Shown: positions 52,532-63,105 of the stretch, in pieces | How the letters are laid out: each line of letters begins with the position of its first letter | How positions within the stretch are numbered: position 1 is the first letter of the stretch | Assembly (NCBI GenBank): GCA_017856055.1 | Contig: JAFMFP010000001.1 | Coordinates: 17,237-81,236 of the forward strand | Source: Fidelibacterota bacterium | GTDB lineage: Bacteria > Fidelibacterota > Marinisomatia > Marinisomatales > Marinisomataceae | Direction: 5' to 3' | DNA: 64,000 nucleotides | Translations under genes and position numbers: made by a program | The notes under the pieces: generated by a model | What the model saw: the letters and a program-made list of their open reading frames with translations, nothing else | What the model was told of the DNA's origin: nothing | Database searches by the model: none

Positions 52532-55398
52532 GATTGACTCAATTCAACTAATTCATCTAGCAAATTTTGAGCCTCTAAATCTTGGGGGTTGCGTTTAAGC
52601 CATCCTTCTAATAGCAGAATACCGTCATCATACCTTTCTAATTCTTTATAAGACAAGTAAAGCAAATAAACTACTTCGGGGGTATTCTCTTGCCATTCTA
52701 GCCAATCTTCTTTAGTCAATTTTGTTTTCTTAATCCCACTCTTCTTAATAATATTTTCTGCGATTTCAAAATTTCGATAAATAGTCTCAAATAGAACCGA
52801 AGCAGAAGAATAATCTTGGTAAAGCTGAATATATGTACGTCCATATAATAGATAATCCTCAATGCTAAGATCTTTGTTTTGAATTAATTGATCAAGATGG
52901 TATTTCGATTGTTCAACATTTCCGAGCGCATTATAAAGTTGGGAAATTTGATATTGCAATTCCTTTGAAAAAATTGGAATAACATTGCTCGGAATTTTAT
53001 TATCCATATCTAAAAGAATTTGCTCAGCCTGATCATTTTCTCCATCTAAATAGTGTGCAATGGAAAGACGCACATAGCCAGTTCTATAATTTTGAACTAG
53101 TCTGCCAAGCTGCGGATCAATATAAACTTCAGAATTGGCCAAATTCCTAAACAAATACCCTGATTGTTTCGTTGTTGATATATTATTATAAAAATTATCC
53201 CTAGTATGAAAATTTTTAGTCCATTTTAATCCTGCAATACTATTCAAATAATGGTCTTTCATTTTCTTTTTATTAAGAACTTCTTTATCGTTATTCATTA
53301 ATCGGTAAGCCAAGCCTTCCATTTGTAAATAATTATCAAGATTGAGTAAACTTGTAGGTGAAACAGTCACAGCAAAATATATAGGTCTACTCCAATCATT
53401 ATCATTTATTATCCTTAATACCATCAAGTCTTGAACTCTTAAAGCAGCATTCAAATAAGTTGGAGGTAATTCCCACTCTATCCTCCCTGATAGATTATTC
53501 TCGTCTTTAGGCGCCTTTAACTCCATCAATTTTTTTTCCCATCTAATGAAATCAATATTTTGAATTTCAGCATCAGACATTTTTATAAATTGCTTTTGAG
53601 AATTTTCTCTCTTCAATTGCTCGATATACCAAGGAGTATTAAGTAGACTAAGATTAACAATTGTAACATCTGTTCTAATTTTTTCAACAAACTGTAAGTA
53701 CCATAATGGAAAAGTATCGTTATCTCCGTTTGTAAATAAAATAGCGTTCTCATCACATGTCTGTAAAATATTATATGCCATGTCCCATGCAATATAATTA
53801 CCTCTACGATTATGGTCTTCAAAGTTAGCAAGCAACATTCTCATTGGAATAAGTAACAATAAAAGAAATAGAAAAATATTTCTAAAGATTGAAATTTCAT
53901 TTTTAGAAATAAAAAACTTCTTAATTAATTCTATGAAAGATGCTATTCCAACACTTATCCAGATAGCAAAAGTCATGAAGCTTGCTACATACGAATAATC
54001 TCTTTCACGAGCCTGTGGATTTTCTTGATTTAAATAAATTGTAATTGCTATTCCAGTCATCAAGAACAAAATCATTACTGCAGAAGCATCTAATTTATTT
54101 TTCCTGAAATGAGAATATATTCCAAACAATCCAAACATTAAGCCTAAGGGTAGACCAAATTGAATCCAATCTACCCCATCTTCATTTGAATTTGCTCCCA
54201 TAGAAGTAACTAAAGGATCTGTTGAATCACCTTTACCCGCAAACTGCCATAATAAGTACCTTATATACATTTTTTTTATTTGATAATTCCAAAAAAATTG
54301 CAATTGATCGGGAAAATTGTAAAAAGCATATTGAATTTTTTGTTCAAAAGAAAATTTTTGACCATTCAGGGGGGCACCTGAAACTTCAATCGAAGAAGGA
54401 ATATTATCAAACTTTCTTGGAAGAATATTCATCTCACCATATTGATCTCTATTTAAATAAGAAATTAAACTACTTATTGTTTCCGGGTTGTTTTCATCAA
54501 TTGCAGGATTTTGTGAAGATCTAATAACGATAGTGGTATAAGAAGAATATCCTAAAAGAATTAAAAAAATCCCCAAAAATAAAGTCGCCCATAAAATATT
54601 TTTTTTATCTAAGAAGTAATAAAATAAAATACTCAAAGAAAATAATAAGATAATCATACCAGCGTATCCAGCAGATGCAACTAAAAATGGCACCCCCTTC
54701 ACAACAAAATTTTGAAAGAAAAAGAAAATAACTAATGAAAAGAAAACAATACTTAATATTTGTTTCAAGTTTGAATTTTGATTTTTTGAAAAATAAATAA
54801 TCATTAGGATAAACGGAATTGTAAGCAAATTAAGCAGATGGAGACCAGATGCTAATCCCAATAAATAAATTATAAGAATTATATAACGATACTGATTATT
54901 ACTTTGTCCAGATCGCGTTAACAATAAAGAGAGATAGACAACTAATGCAGTAAACAATCCACTTAAGGCATAGACTTCGGTTTCAACTGAATTAAACCAA
55001 TGGCTATGGGAGAACGCAAAAGTAAGTGATGCAATAAATGAGGATCCAAATTTCTCTATAATATTTTTACATCCAATTCGGTCTAATATTTGATTATTAA
55101 TTAAAAATAAAATAGATATTGTCAAAGAACTGGAAATAACTGATAGGAGATTGACGCGAAAAGCTATATCCTTAGAAATAGGGATAAGTGAGAAAATCTT
55201 CCCTAATAGCAAAAAAAGTGGACTACCAGGAGGATGAGGTATCCCCATAATATGGGAAGTAGCAATGAACTCACCAGTATCCCAAAAAGATACTGTTGGT
55301 GCCATTGTTATAAAATATATAACAAAAGAAATGACAAAAAGAATTGATGCTAAAACTATTTCAGAATTATTCTTCAGCTGATGAATCATTATTTTCAT
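52528..55398 (-). CDS. DUF2723-family polytopic membrane protein (GT-C/PMT-like putative glycosyltransferase) with C-terminal TPR-like region
   Basis: 956 aa. N-terminal MAPTVSFWDTGEFIATSHIMGIPHPPGSPLF is the DUF2723 signature. More than 10 TM segments, then a large soluble C-terminal part ending in helical TPR-like repeats. Confidence 0.8.
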   Translation of the reverse strand: MKIMIHQLKNNSEIVLASILFVISFVIYFITMAPTVSFWDTGEFIATSHIMGIPHPPGSPLFLLLGKIFSLIPISKDIAFRVNLLSVISSSLTISILFLINNQILDRIGCKNIIEKFGSSFIASLTFAFSHSHWFNSVETEVYALSGLFTALVVYLSLLLTRSGQSNNQYRYIILIIYLLGLASGLHLLNLLTIPFILMIIYFSKNQNSNLKQILSIVFFSLVIFFFFQNFVVKGVPFLVASAGYAGMIILLFSLSILFYYFLDKKNILWATLFLGIFLILLGYSSYTTIVIRSSQNPAIDENNPETISSLISYLNRDQYGEMNILPRKFDNIPSSIEVSGAPLNGQKFSFEQKIQYAFYNFPDQLQFFWNYQIKKMYIRYLLWQFAGKGDSTDPLVTSMGANSNEDGVDWIQFGLPLGLMFGLFGIYSHFRKNKLDASAVMILFLMTGIAITIYLNQENPQARERDYSYVASFMTFAIWISVGIASFIELIKKFFISKNEISIFRNIFLFLLLLLIPMRMLLANFEDHNRRGNYIAWDMAYNILQTCDENAILFTNGDNDTFPLWYLQFVEKIRTDVTIVNLSLLNTPWYIEQLKRENSQKQFIKMSDAEIQNIDFIRWEKKLMELKAPKDENNLSGRIEWELPPTYLNAALRVQDLMVLRIINDNDWSRPIYFAVTVSPTSLLNLDNYLQMEGLAYRLMNNDKEVLNKKKMKDHYLNSIAGLKWTKNFHTRDNFYNNISTTKQSGYLFRNLANSEVYIDPQLGRLVQNYRTGYVRLSIAHYLDGENDQAEQILLDMDNKIPSNVIPIFSKELQYQISQLYNALGNVEQSKYHLDQLIQNKDLSIEDYLLYGRTYIQLYQDYSSASVLFETIYRNFEIAENIIKKSGIKKTKLTKEDWLEWQENTPEVVYLLYLSYKELERYDDGILLLEGWLKRNPQDLEAQNLLDELVELSQS

Positions 55399-55684
55399 TC
55401 AGATTTTCTTTAGATTTTTCAGACTTTTCAACCTCAATATAATTCATTTTTAACTCTGAAAGTACTTTAGATAAGTAATCCTTTTCCTCTGAACTCAAGC
55501 TAGCCTCCATACGATTTTTTATCATATCAAGCATATCAATCTGGATTGTAGCTGAAGTCAAATCAACTGAAGATTCTTTGGTCATAGGATTTTGAATTTT
55601 TCCTAAAGCAATCCAAATTCCATAAACTGTTTGAGATATCAAAGAGTCAAAAAGCTGTTTCTCTGTATATTGTTTCGATTCCAT
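55367..55684 (-). CDS. DUF1844-like small protein
   Basis: 105 aa. FDSLISQTVYGIWIALGKIQNPMTKESSVDLTSATIQIDMLDMIKNRM...LSELKMNYIE fits my recollection of the DUF1844 pattern. Confidence 0.5.
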   Translation of the reverse strand: MESKQYTEKQLFDSLISQTVYGIWIALGKIQNPMTKESSVDLTSATIQIDMLDMIKNRMEASLSSEEKDYLSKVLSELKMNYIEVEKSEKSKENLNENNDSSAEE

Positions 55685-55689
55685 TTTCC

Positions 55690-57786
55690 TTAATTAACTG
55701 TTATTTTTAAAAATAAATTTAAATAATCTTTTTCAAATTTTTTCTTAATCAAATTATTATCAGGGGATAAAAGTTTACTATCATTATCAATAATTTGAAA
55801 AGCAAATTTTCTTGCCTCTCTAATAATCGGCCCATCAGTAACTAAATCTGCAATTCTATACTTGATAAATCCGCTTTGTTTCTCACCAAAAAATTCTCCC
55901 GGACCTCTAATTTTTAGATCTTCATCTGCAATAAGAAATCCATTTCTGGTTTTAGTAAGGATATCTAGTCGATTATTGGATTTATCTGAAAAGCTATCAG
56001 AGCACAAAATACAATGACTCTCTTTTTTCCCTCTTCCAACTCTCCCTCTAAGTTGATGAAGTTGACTTAAACCAAATCGTTCTGCATTGTTAATTAGCAT
56101 AATTGTAGCATTAGGATTATCAATCCCTACTTCAACAACAGTTGTAGAAACTAAAATGTCAATTTTGCCGTCTAAAAAATCTAGCATCGTTTGATTTTTA
56201 TCTTCATTATTAATTTTTCCATGGAGCAATCCAACGTTGTAATTAGAAAAAAATTGCTTTTTTAGTTTTTCATAGGACTCAGTTGCTGCTTTTAAATCAG
56301 ACTTTTCAGTTTCTTCAATTAAAGGATAAACAATAATTGCTTGCTCTCCTTTTTTGATTTTTCCTTTAATAAAATCATATGTTACGGGCAGGTCTGTAGT
56401 TTGAATTTTCGTAGTAAAAATATCTGGCCTATTTTTTGGAAGTTCATCAATTAAAGAAATGTCCATATCTCCATTATAAGTAATAGCTAAGGTTCTTGGA
56501 ATTGGAGTAGCAGTCATTGATAAAAGATTAGGTATTTTAGACTTTTTAATTAATTTTTCTCTTTGATTAACTCCAAATCGATGTTGCTCGTCAATAATTG
56601 TTAGACCTAGATTTTTGAAAGTAACATTTTTTTGAAACAAGGCATGAGTTCCTACGATTATACTGCTTTCGCCGCTAGCAATTTTTTTTAAAATTTCTTT
56701 TTTAGTTTGACCCTTTTGAGAACCTAGAATTATTGAGCAGTTTATTTTTAATGATGAAAAATATTTTTCAAAGTTTCTAAAAATTTGATTGGCAAGCAAA
56801 TCCGTTGGAGCCATAATTGCAACCTGATAATCATTCTCAACCACTAGAGCTGAAATTAAACATGCAACTATAGTCTTTCCCGAACCAACATCTCCTTGAA
56901 TCATTCTGTTCATTGGATGACTTGTACAAAGATCTTCAATAATTTCATTAATTGAATTTCTTTGAGCGCTTGTTAACTCAAAGGTTAATGAATTTGTTAT
57001 TTTGTTCAGAATTGTCAATTTTTTCTCTAATGGTAAGCATGTTGAGTTCTGAATTTGTTTTTTTCTGGTAGCAAATAATAATTGTATAAAAAAATGTTCA
57101 TCAAATTTTAGTCGAGTAATTGCTGAATTAAGATGATCCAAATTCTTAGTAAAATGAATATTGCGCAAAGCAAAGTCTAAGCTACAAAGCCCAAGGCTAT
57201 CTCTATATTCCTGCGTTAAAAAATCATCAATTTGTTCGACATCTTTTATACAGTTGGCAATAATTTTTCTAAGATTTCGACTATCTAATCCAACTTTCTT
57301 TAGGTCCTCAGTGAGTGGATAGATTGGAATAATCAATCCTGTATTAACTGTAATTTCATTTGCATTAAGCTTGTCATATTCTGGATGAACTATCTGAAAT
57401 TTATTCTGATAACTTGTAACCTTTCCATGGATAGCCAATAAATCGTTTTCTTTTAATGATTGTCCAATGTATTCTGCAGCATTAAACCACATTAAAGTCA
57501 TGCTTCCAGTATGGTCTGCAAAATTTGCAATGACATAACTCTTTTTAAACCTTTTAACATATCTAATAGATTTAATGCGACCTATTACATTCACTTCATG
57601 ATCAAGGGTAAGTGAGTCAATAGTGTGAGTAATAGTTCGATCAACATGTCTTCTTGGAAAGTAATATAAAAGGTCTTCGACTGTTTGAATATTGAGCAAT
57701 TCAAGTGCTTTTGCTCTTTTAGGACCAACGCCTTTTAAAAATTGGATTGGTATTTTAACTTTTTCTGAAGGAAGAACTTCCATCAA
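55690..57786 (-). CDS. recG: ATP-dependent DNA helicase RecG
   Basis: 698 aa. N-terminal wedge/OB domain, GDVGSGKT, DEQHRFG, and helicase C motifs (QLRGRVGRG). Confidence 0.95.
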   Translation of the reverse strand: MMEVLPSEKVKIPIQFLKGVGPKRAKALELLNIQTVEDLLYYFPRRHVDRTITHTIDSLTLDHEVNVIGRIKSIRYVKRFKKSYVIANFADHTGSMTLMWFNAAEYIGQSLKENDLLAIHGKVTSYQNKFQIVHPEYDKLNANEITVNTGLIIPIYPLTEDLKKVGLDSRNLRKIIANCIKDVEQIDDFLTQEYRDSLGLCSLDFALRNIHFTKNLDHLNSAITRLKFDEHFFIQLLFATRKKQIQNSTCLPLEKKLTILNKITNSLTFELTSAQRNSINEIIEDLCTSHPMNRMIQGDVGSGKTIVACLISALVVENDYQVAIMAPTDLLANQIFRNFEKYFSSLKINCSIILGSQKGQTKKEILKKIASGESSIIVGTHALFQKNVTFKNLGLTIIDEQHRFGVNQREKLIKKSKIPNLLSMTATPIPRTLAITYNGDMDISLIDELPKNRPDIFTTKIQTTDLPVTYDFIKGKIKKGEQAIIVYPLIEETEKSDLKAATESYEKLKKQFFSNYNVGLLHGKINNEDKNQTMLDFLDGKIDILVSTTVVEVGIDNPNATIMLINNAERFGLSQLHQLRGRVGRGKKESHCILCSDSFSDKSNNRLDILTKTRNGFLIADEDLKIRGPGEFFGEKQSGFIKYRIADLVTDGPIIREARKFAFQIIDNDSKLLSPDNNLIKKKFEKDYLNLFLKITVN

Positions 57787-57792
57787 AAAAAG

Positions 57793-59130
57793 TTATTTCC
57801 ATTCTTTTCTGTAAGAGTAAGTTACAGTTTCAGAAGAATTTGGTTTGATTTCTAGAGGGAAATAAATGGTGTTTGCGTCCTCTTTAATATACATTGAAGA
57901 TGATTCTTTTACTACCCAATCACCAAAGATTTTCTCCTCTAATTTCACTTTTATAGATTGTCCAGAAGAGTTAATAACTTGAAGAGAAATAGTTGATTCT
58001 TCACTATTGTTTTGTCTGTCATAGTTGAGTATTCGCCTTTTACCATTGATATCAAATGACTTACCAGCACTAATAATTGATAAAGAACCTTTGTGAGATG
58101 CTTGAAAAATATTTTTGCTTAACATATTTATGCTCCCATCTTGGCTCTTTTCAAATAAATTAATAGTTCCGGATGGTAAGGGTATATTAAGATTATTTTC
58201 ATCAGAATTCTGAAATAGAATTTCAACATTCAATGGTTCATCTTTTTGATCTCTTTCGTTATTTCTAAAAATATATCTTTTATCATAATTAATTACCCTT
58301 TTTGCTAAAAGTGGATATAAGTTAGTTTCTAAAGATTTTAGATTTATATCATTCCCAAGAGTAAATGAATAATAGTCTCCAATTTTAACAGCATCTTCAA
58401 TTTTGGTGGCGATTCTTGAGAGAGTATTGGAAATATTGGACTGTGAATTAAAAGGAATAGTCCCTTCAATTACTGATAAATCAACATTAAACAAGTTCAT
58501 ATTAGAATTATTAGTAATCTCTGCATTAATAGTTAATTCTGCTTTTGTTGCACTAGAATCTTGAGATGAATCTATTATAAGATTGTATATAGCATTCCAA
58601 GAAAAATCGGAAGAAATATAATGCACCTCCGCATTAGTGTTTTGATCAAAATCGGATTGAATCACCCACTCAATTTCGGGTGAAAATTTATCAGAGACTT
58701 CGCTAGATTTAAGACTAATGTATTCTAGGTTATTTTTATAAAAAATTGAAAGGCCTTTTGATGTTTTAAGAACGATTTCTTTATCATTATAATCCAATAA
58801 TAAGCCTTGAATAGATGATCCACTTTGAGGTTTTAATTCAATAGAAGCTCCAATATTTTTTTTCATAAATTGATGGATTCCAAACCTATTGTGACTAATG
58901 TTTTGGGACAAAATTGTTGCCCCCTGCAGATCTAAAAACAATGAATTGTCTATAACATTCTGTGATAAATTTGAAAATGTAATTGGATTTAAACCAGCCC
59001 TCAAAGATAAGGATAAAGGTTCTTTAATTACTGAAAAGCTATCTTTATAGATTACAATTTTCTTTCTCAAATCCTGCTCTTGAGAAATAAGCAGAGAACT
59101 TAGGACTAGGATAAGTAAATATTTTTTCAT
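57793..59130 (-). CDS. secreted DUF4139-like protein
   Basis: 445 aa. Signal peptide. The N-terminal VIYKDSFSVIKEPLSLSLRAGLNPITFSNLSQNVIDNSLFL fits the DUF4140/DUF4139 pattern as I recall it. Confidence 0.5.
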   Translation of the reverse strand: MKKYLLILVLSSLLISQEQDLRKKIVIYKDSFSVIKEPLSLSLRAGLNPITFSNLSQNVIDNSLFLDLQGATILSQNISHNRFGIHQFMKKNIGASIELKPQSGSSIQGLLLDYNDKEIVLKTSKGLSIFYKNNLEYISLKSSEVSDKFSPEIEWVIQSDFDQNTNAEVHYISSDFSWNAIYNLIIDSSQDSSATKAELTINAEITNNSNMNLFNVDLSVIEGTIPFNSQSNISNTLSRIATKIEDAVKIGDYYSFTLGNDINLKSLETNLYPLLAKRVINYDKRYIFRNNERDQKDEPLNVEILFQNSDENNLNIPLPSGTINLFEKSQDGSINMLSKNIFQASHKGSLSIISAGKSFDINGKRRILNYDRQNNSEESTISLQVINSSGQSIKVKLEEKIFGDWVVKESSSMYIKEDANTIYFPLEIKPNSSETVTYSYRKEWK

Positions 59131-61748
59131 TTTAACATCTCAATATTAGAAATAATTTTTTTTCTTTCAATCATTAATTCAGAAACTTTATTTTTTTCAT
59201 TCTGAACAATATTTTCAGGTGCTTTTTCCAAAAAAGAACTATTGGATAGTTTTTGATTAATATTATCAATAAAACTTTCTACTTGAAGTAGTCTCTTCGA
59301 TAATTTCTTGATCTCTTCATCTTTATTTATGAGTTCATCTAGTGACAAATAAATTTCACATTCTTTTAAAATTCCGATTGCAGAGTTCTGGGGTTTTTCT
59401 AAATTTTTTTGAATAGTTAATTCATTGCATCTACTTAGATTGGAGATTAAATCTCTATTATTTTCAATCTGTAAAAGAATGGAGTCATTCTTAACATTAA
59501 TCAAAATTTCTGCTTTCTTCGATGAAGCTAGATTTGATTCAGCCTTTAAATTGCGAATAGTAGATATAACTTCTTTAAATAAATCTACTTCCGATGAATC
59601 ATAGTGATTAAAATTAACTTCCCTAGGCCAAGATTCAACAATAATATCTTTTTCTTCTCTAGTTTTAAAAAATTGCCATATCTCTTCAGTTAAAAATGGG
59701 GCTATTGGGTGAAGTAATTTTAAAATATTTCTTAAAACCTTTTTGGCAACAAATAAAGTATTTTGCTTTTCGATTTCAGAGCCATGAGTAAATTTGTATT
59801 TAGCAATTTCAATATACCAATCACAAAATTCATTCCAGGAGAAGTTATAAATTGTTTTAATTGCTTCATTAAACTGATATTTATCAAAAAAATCATTAGA
59901 CTTTTTTATTGTATTATCTAACTCAGAAAGAATCCAATGATCAAATTTATCGAAATTATCTGAATTAATATTATCAGAAGAATTTAAATCATTATTCAAA
60001 AGAATGAACCTTGAGGCATTCCAAATTTTGGTCATAAAATTTCTTCCTATTTCAATTCCCTTTTCTGAGAAGTAAACATCTGATCCCTGGGGAGCCATTA
60101 GCATAATAGAAAATCTGGTTGCATCTGTACCATACTTTTCAAACAAGGTGATTGGATCTGGGGAATTGCCAAGGGATTTACTCAATTTTCGGCCTTTTTC
60201 ATCGCGAAGTATGCTTGTGAAATAAACATCAGTAAAAGGCTTTTCATTCATAAACTCAAAACCAGCAATAATCATTCTGGCAACCCAAAAGAAAATAATA
60301 TCAGGTCCTGTTACCAAAGTATTTGTAGGATAATAAATTGTCGAATCATTTTCTGGCCATCCATGTACAGCAAACGGCCATAGCCATGAACTGAACCAAG
60401 TATCTAAAACATCGGAATCCTGCTCCCAATTATCAATATCATCTGGCGCTGAAGAAGAAACAAACCAGTTTTTAGGATTGGTGCGATCGGCATTTTTTTT
60501 GTACCAAACCGGGATCTGATGCCCCCAATAAAGCTGTCTACTAATACACCAGTCTTGAATGTTGGACATCCAATGATTATAAGTTTTGACCCAATGATTT
60601 GGATAAAAATTGATTTCATTTTTTTTAACTGCTTCGATTGCTGGCTTAGCTAAATCTTCCATTTTTAAAAACCATTGTTCTGATAAATAGTATTCAATTG
60701 GAACATTTCCTCGTTCTGAATAACCAACTTTGTGAAGATAATTCTCTTCTTTAATTAGATGATTTATTTCTTTTAAATCGTATACTATTTGCTTTCTAGC
60801 CTTTTCTCTGGACATTCCTCTATACTTTTCAGGCGCTTTATCACTGATGGAGCTATCTGCATTCATGATATTAATCATTTCAAGATTATGTTTAATTCCT
60901 ACTTCATAATCATTTAAATCATGTGCAGGAGTAATTTTTACACAACCAGTTCCAAATTCAGGATCTACCATTTCATCAGCAATAATGGGAATACTTCTTC
61001 CAACCAGTGGTAGTTTTGCTGTTTTACCTATAAGATCCTTATACCTTCTGTCATTAGGATTCACTGCGATAGCAGTATCCCCTAACATGGTTTCTGGCCT
61101 AGTTGTCGCAATCTCTATACACTTATCGGAGTTATCAATAGCATATTTGATGAACCAGAGATGCCCATTTACCTCTTTAAATATCACCTCTTCATCACTT
61201 AAGGCAGTCTGCGATTTGGGACACCAGTTTACCAGCTTACTACCCTTATAAATCAATCCTTTATTATATAATTGAACAAAAGATTCTAAAACAGCTTCGG
61301 AATAATTTTTATCCATAGTAAAGCTGGTTTTATCCCAATCACATGAACATCCAAGTTTTTGAAGTTGATTAATTATAGTACCACCGTATTCTTCTTTCCA
61401 TTGCCAAGCATGCTTTAAAAATTCTTCTCTAGATAAATCTTGCTTATGAATTCCTTGATCTTCAAGCATCTTAGTAACTTTTGATTCAGTAGCAATAGAT
61501 GCATGATCAGTACCCGGTATCCAACATGCATTTTTGCCCTCCATTCTCGCTTTTCTAATCAGTATATCTTGAATAGTATTATTCAATACATGGCCCATGT
61601 GAAGCTTGCCAGTAACATTTGGTGGGGGGATAACAATAGTGTAATGATCTTGAGATCTATTGCTTGAAAAATAATTATTTTTCAACCAATGTTGATACCA
61701 TTTAGACTCAATATCAGCTGGCTTATGATTTTTATCTAGTTGTTTCAT
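59127..61748 (-). CDS. valS: valine--tRNA ligase
   Basis: 873 aa. HIGH region PPPNVTGKLHMGH, KMSKS region KLSKSLGN, and a C-terminal coiled coil. Confidence 0.97.
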   Translation of the reverse strand: MKQLDKNHKPADIESKWYQHWLKNNYFSSNRSQDHYTIVIPPPNVTGKLHMGHVLNNTIQDILIRKARMEGKNACWIPGTDHASIATESKVTKMLEDQGIHKQDLSREEFLKHAWQWKEEYGGTIINQLQKLGCSCDWDKTSFTMDKNYSEAVLESFVQLYNKGLIYKGSKLVNWCPKSQTALSDEEVIFKEVNGHLWFIKYAIDNSDKCIEIATTRPETMLGDTAIAVNPNDRRYKDLIGKTAKLPLVGRSIPIIADEMVDPEFGTGCVKITPAHDLNDYEVGIKHNLEMINIMNADSSISDKAPEKYRGMSREKARKQIVYDLKEINHLIKEENYLHKVGYSERGNVPIEYYLSEQWFLKMEDLAKPAIEAVKKNEINFYPNHWVKTYNHWMSNIQDWCISRQLYWGHQIPVWYKKNADRTNPKNWFVSSSAPDDIDNWEQDSDVLDTWFSSWLWPFAVHGWPENDSTIYYPTNTLVTGPDIIFFWVARMIIAGFEFMNEKPFTDVYFTSILRDEKGRKLSKSLGNSPDPITLFEKYGTDATRFSIMLMAPQGSDVYFSEKGIEIGRNFMTKIWNASRFILLNNDLNSSDNINSDNFDKFDHWILSELDNTIKKSNDFFDKYQFNEAIKTIYNFSWNEFCDWYIEIAKYKFTHGSEIEKQNTLFVAKKVLRNILKLLHPIAPFLTEEIWQFFKTREEKDIIVESWPREVNFNHYDSSEVDLFKEVISTIRNLKAESNLASSKKAEILINVKNDSILLQIENNRDLISNLSRCNELTIQKNLEKPQNSAIGILKECEIYLSLDELINKDEEIKKLSKRLLQVESFIDNINQKLSNSSFLEKAPENIVQNEKNKVSELMIERKKIISNIEMLK

Positions 61749-63063
61749 TTAAATATTTTTTTAATCTATCTATTAATTCATTCGCTTCTTGATTAGTAGG
61801 AGCCTCAGCAAATATTCTTATAATGGGCTCGGTATTGGATTTCCTAATATGTATCCATTTATTTTGCCAAACAAATTTTATACCATCTAGCTTAATAATT
61901 TCGTCACAATCGAATACAGTTTCAAGTTCATCGAAACTAATATTATCTCTTATATTAATTTGATCCTTAAGAAAAATGTAGCTAGGAATTGATGAAATAA
62001 TTTCATCCAAAGATTGATTAGCGGAAGCCAGCAACGATAAGACCATAGCTATGGCAACCAAAGAATCTCTACCTAAGTGTACTCGCTTAGCAATAACTCC
62101 TCCATTCCCTTCGCCCCCAATTTCAATTTCTAATTCTTTCATTTTGGATACTACATGTGCTTCGCCAATTTTAGTTCTTATCGATTTTTCTCCAAAACTA
62201 TCAATCATCATTGATGTTGAAAGATTGGTAACTATAGGGGTTTTCTTATAATTCAAATAGTTTTTATAAGCTAAAACTAAAGTGTATTCTTCTCCAATAG
62301 CGCGACCACTATTTGACACAATGGATAGTCTATCTCCATCAGGATCTGTAGCAAACCCAATATCTGCATTCGTCTCAAGTACTTTTTCTTCTAAGTGTTT
62401 AAGATTTTTCGCTAATGGTTCTGGAATGCGCTTAAATTCTCCATCTCCTTTACAATTTATTTTTATCACTTCACAACCCAATTTTTTACAAAGCTGAGGA
62501 AGAATTTTTGATCCTGCGCCATTAACCGCATCAATAACAACTTTAAATTTTTTTGACTGGATAGCATGAAGGTTAACATAATCTAATTTTAGAACTGTAT
62601 TAATGTGCTCTAAATCTGCTGATTTGTATTCTTGAACTTTGCCAGATTTAACTAAATCTATTGAAGTGTAATCCTGGTCTGATAATAAAAATAAATTCTC
62701 ACACTGCTGGGGAGATAAAAAAGTTCCATCTGGTTGTAAAAATTTAATGCCATTGTATTCAGAGGGATTATGGCTCGCAGTAATGATAATTCCACCATCA
62801 TATTTTTTATTCTCAGCGATAATTTGAACGGTTGGAGTGGTAGCAAGACCACAATTATCAACATTTACTCCACGTTTTACTAGTGAATCAATCGCCCAAT
62901 TAACCATATCATCCCCCGAAGGTCTTCCATCTTTCCCAATCACACAATTTTTTATTTTTTGAGAAAAAACGAATGCAGAAATATATTTATCTATAATTTC
63001 AGGAGAAAAATCATTTTCAGCTATTCCTCTAATACCAGAAGCACTTCTAATTAACATAGTCAA
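61732..63063 (-). CDS. phosphohexomutase family enzyme (phosphoglucosamine mutase / phosphomannomutase)
   Basis: 443 aa. Active-site TASHNPSEYNGIKF and metal loop DPDGDR. The TASHNP form does not let me separate GlmM from PMM/PGM. The track start is TTG at 63063; an ATG lies at 63057. Confidence 0.85.
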   Translation of the reverse strand: MTMLIRSASGIRGIAENDFSPEIIDKYISAFVFSQKIKNCVIGKDGRPSGDDMVNWAIDSLVKRGVNVDNCGLATTPTVQIIAENKKYDGGIIITASHNPSEYNGIKFLQPDGTFLSPQQCENLFLLSDQDYTSIDLVKSGKVQEYKSADLEHINTVLKLDYVNLHAIQSKKFKVVIDAVNGAGSKILPQLCKKLGCEVIKINCKGDGEFKRIPEPLAKNLKHLEEKVLETNADIGFATDPDGDRLSIVSNSGRAIGEEYTLVLAYKNYLNYKKTPIVTNLSTSMMIDSFGEKSIRTKIGEAHVVSKMKELEIEIGGEGNGGVIAKRVHLGRDSLVAIAMVLSLLASANQSLDEIISSIPSYIFLKDQINIRDNISFDELETVFDCDEIIKLDGIKFVWQNKWIHIRKSNTEPIIRIFAEAPTNQEANELIDRLKKYLNETTR

Positions 63064-63105
63064 AGATTAGAGCTTTTTTTTGAGAATTGAAAGTTGAGAA
63101 GAGAT

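Noticed and set aside
63080-63100. A direct repeat, TTGAGAA-N7-TTGAGAA, in the rpsU/phosphohexomutase spacer.
   Set aside because: A 7-mer repeated once in AT-rich DNA is within chance expectation. There is no palindromic or operator-like structure and no known motif match.
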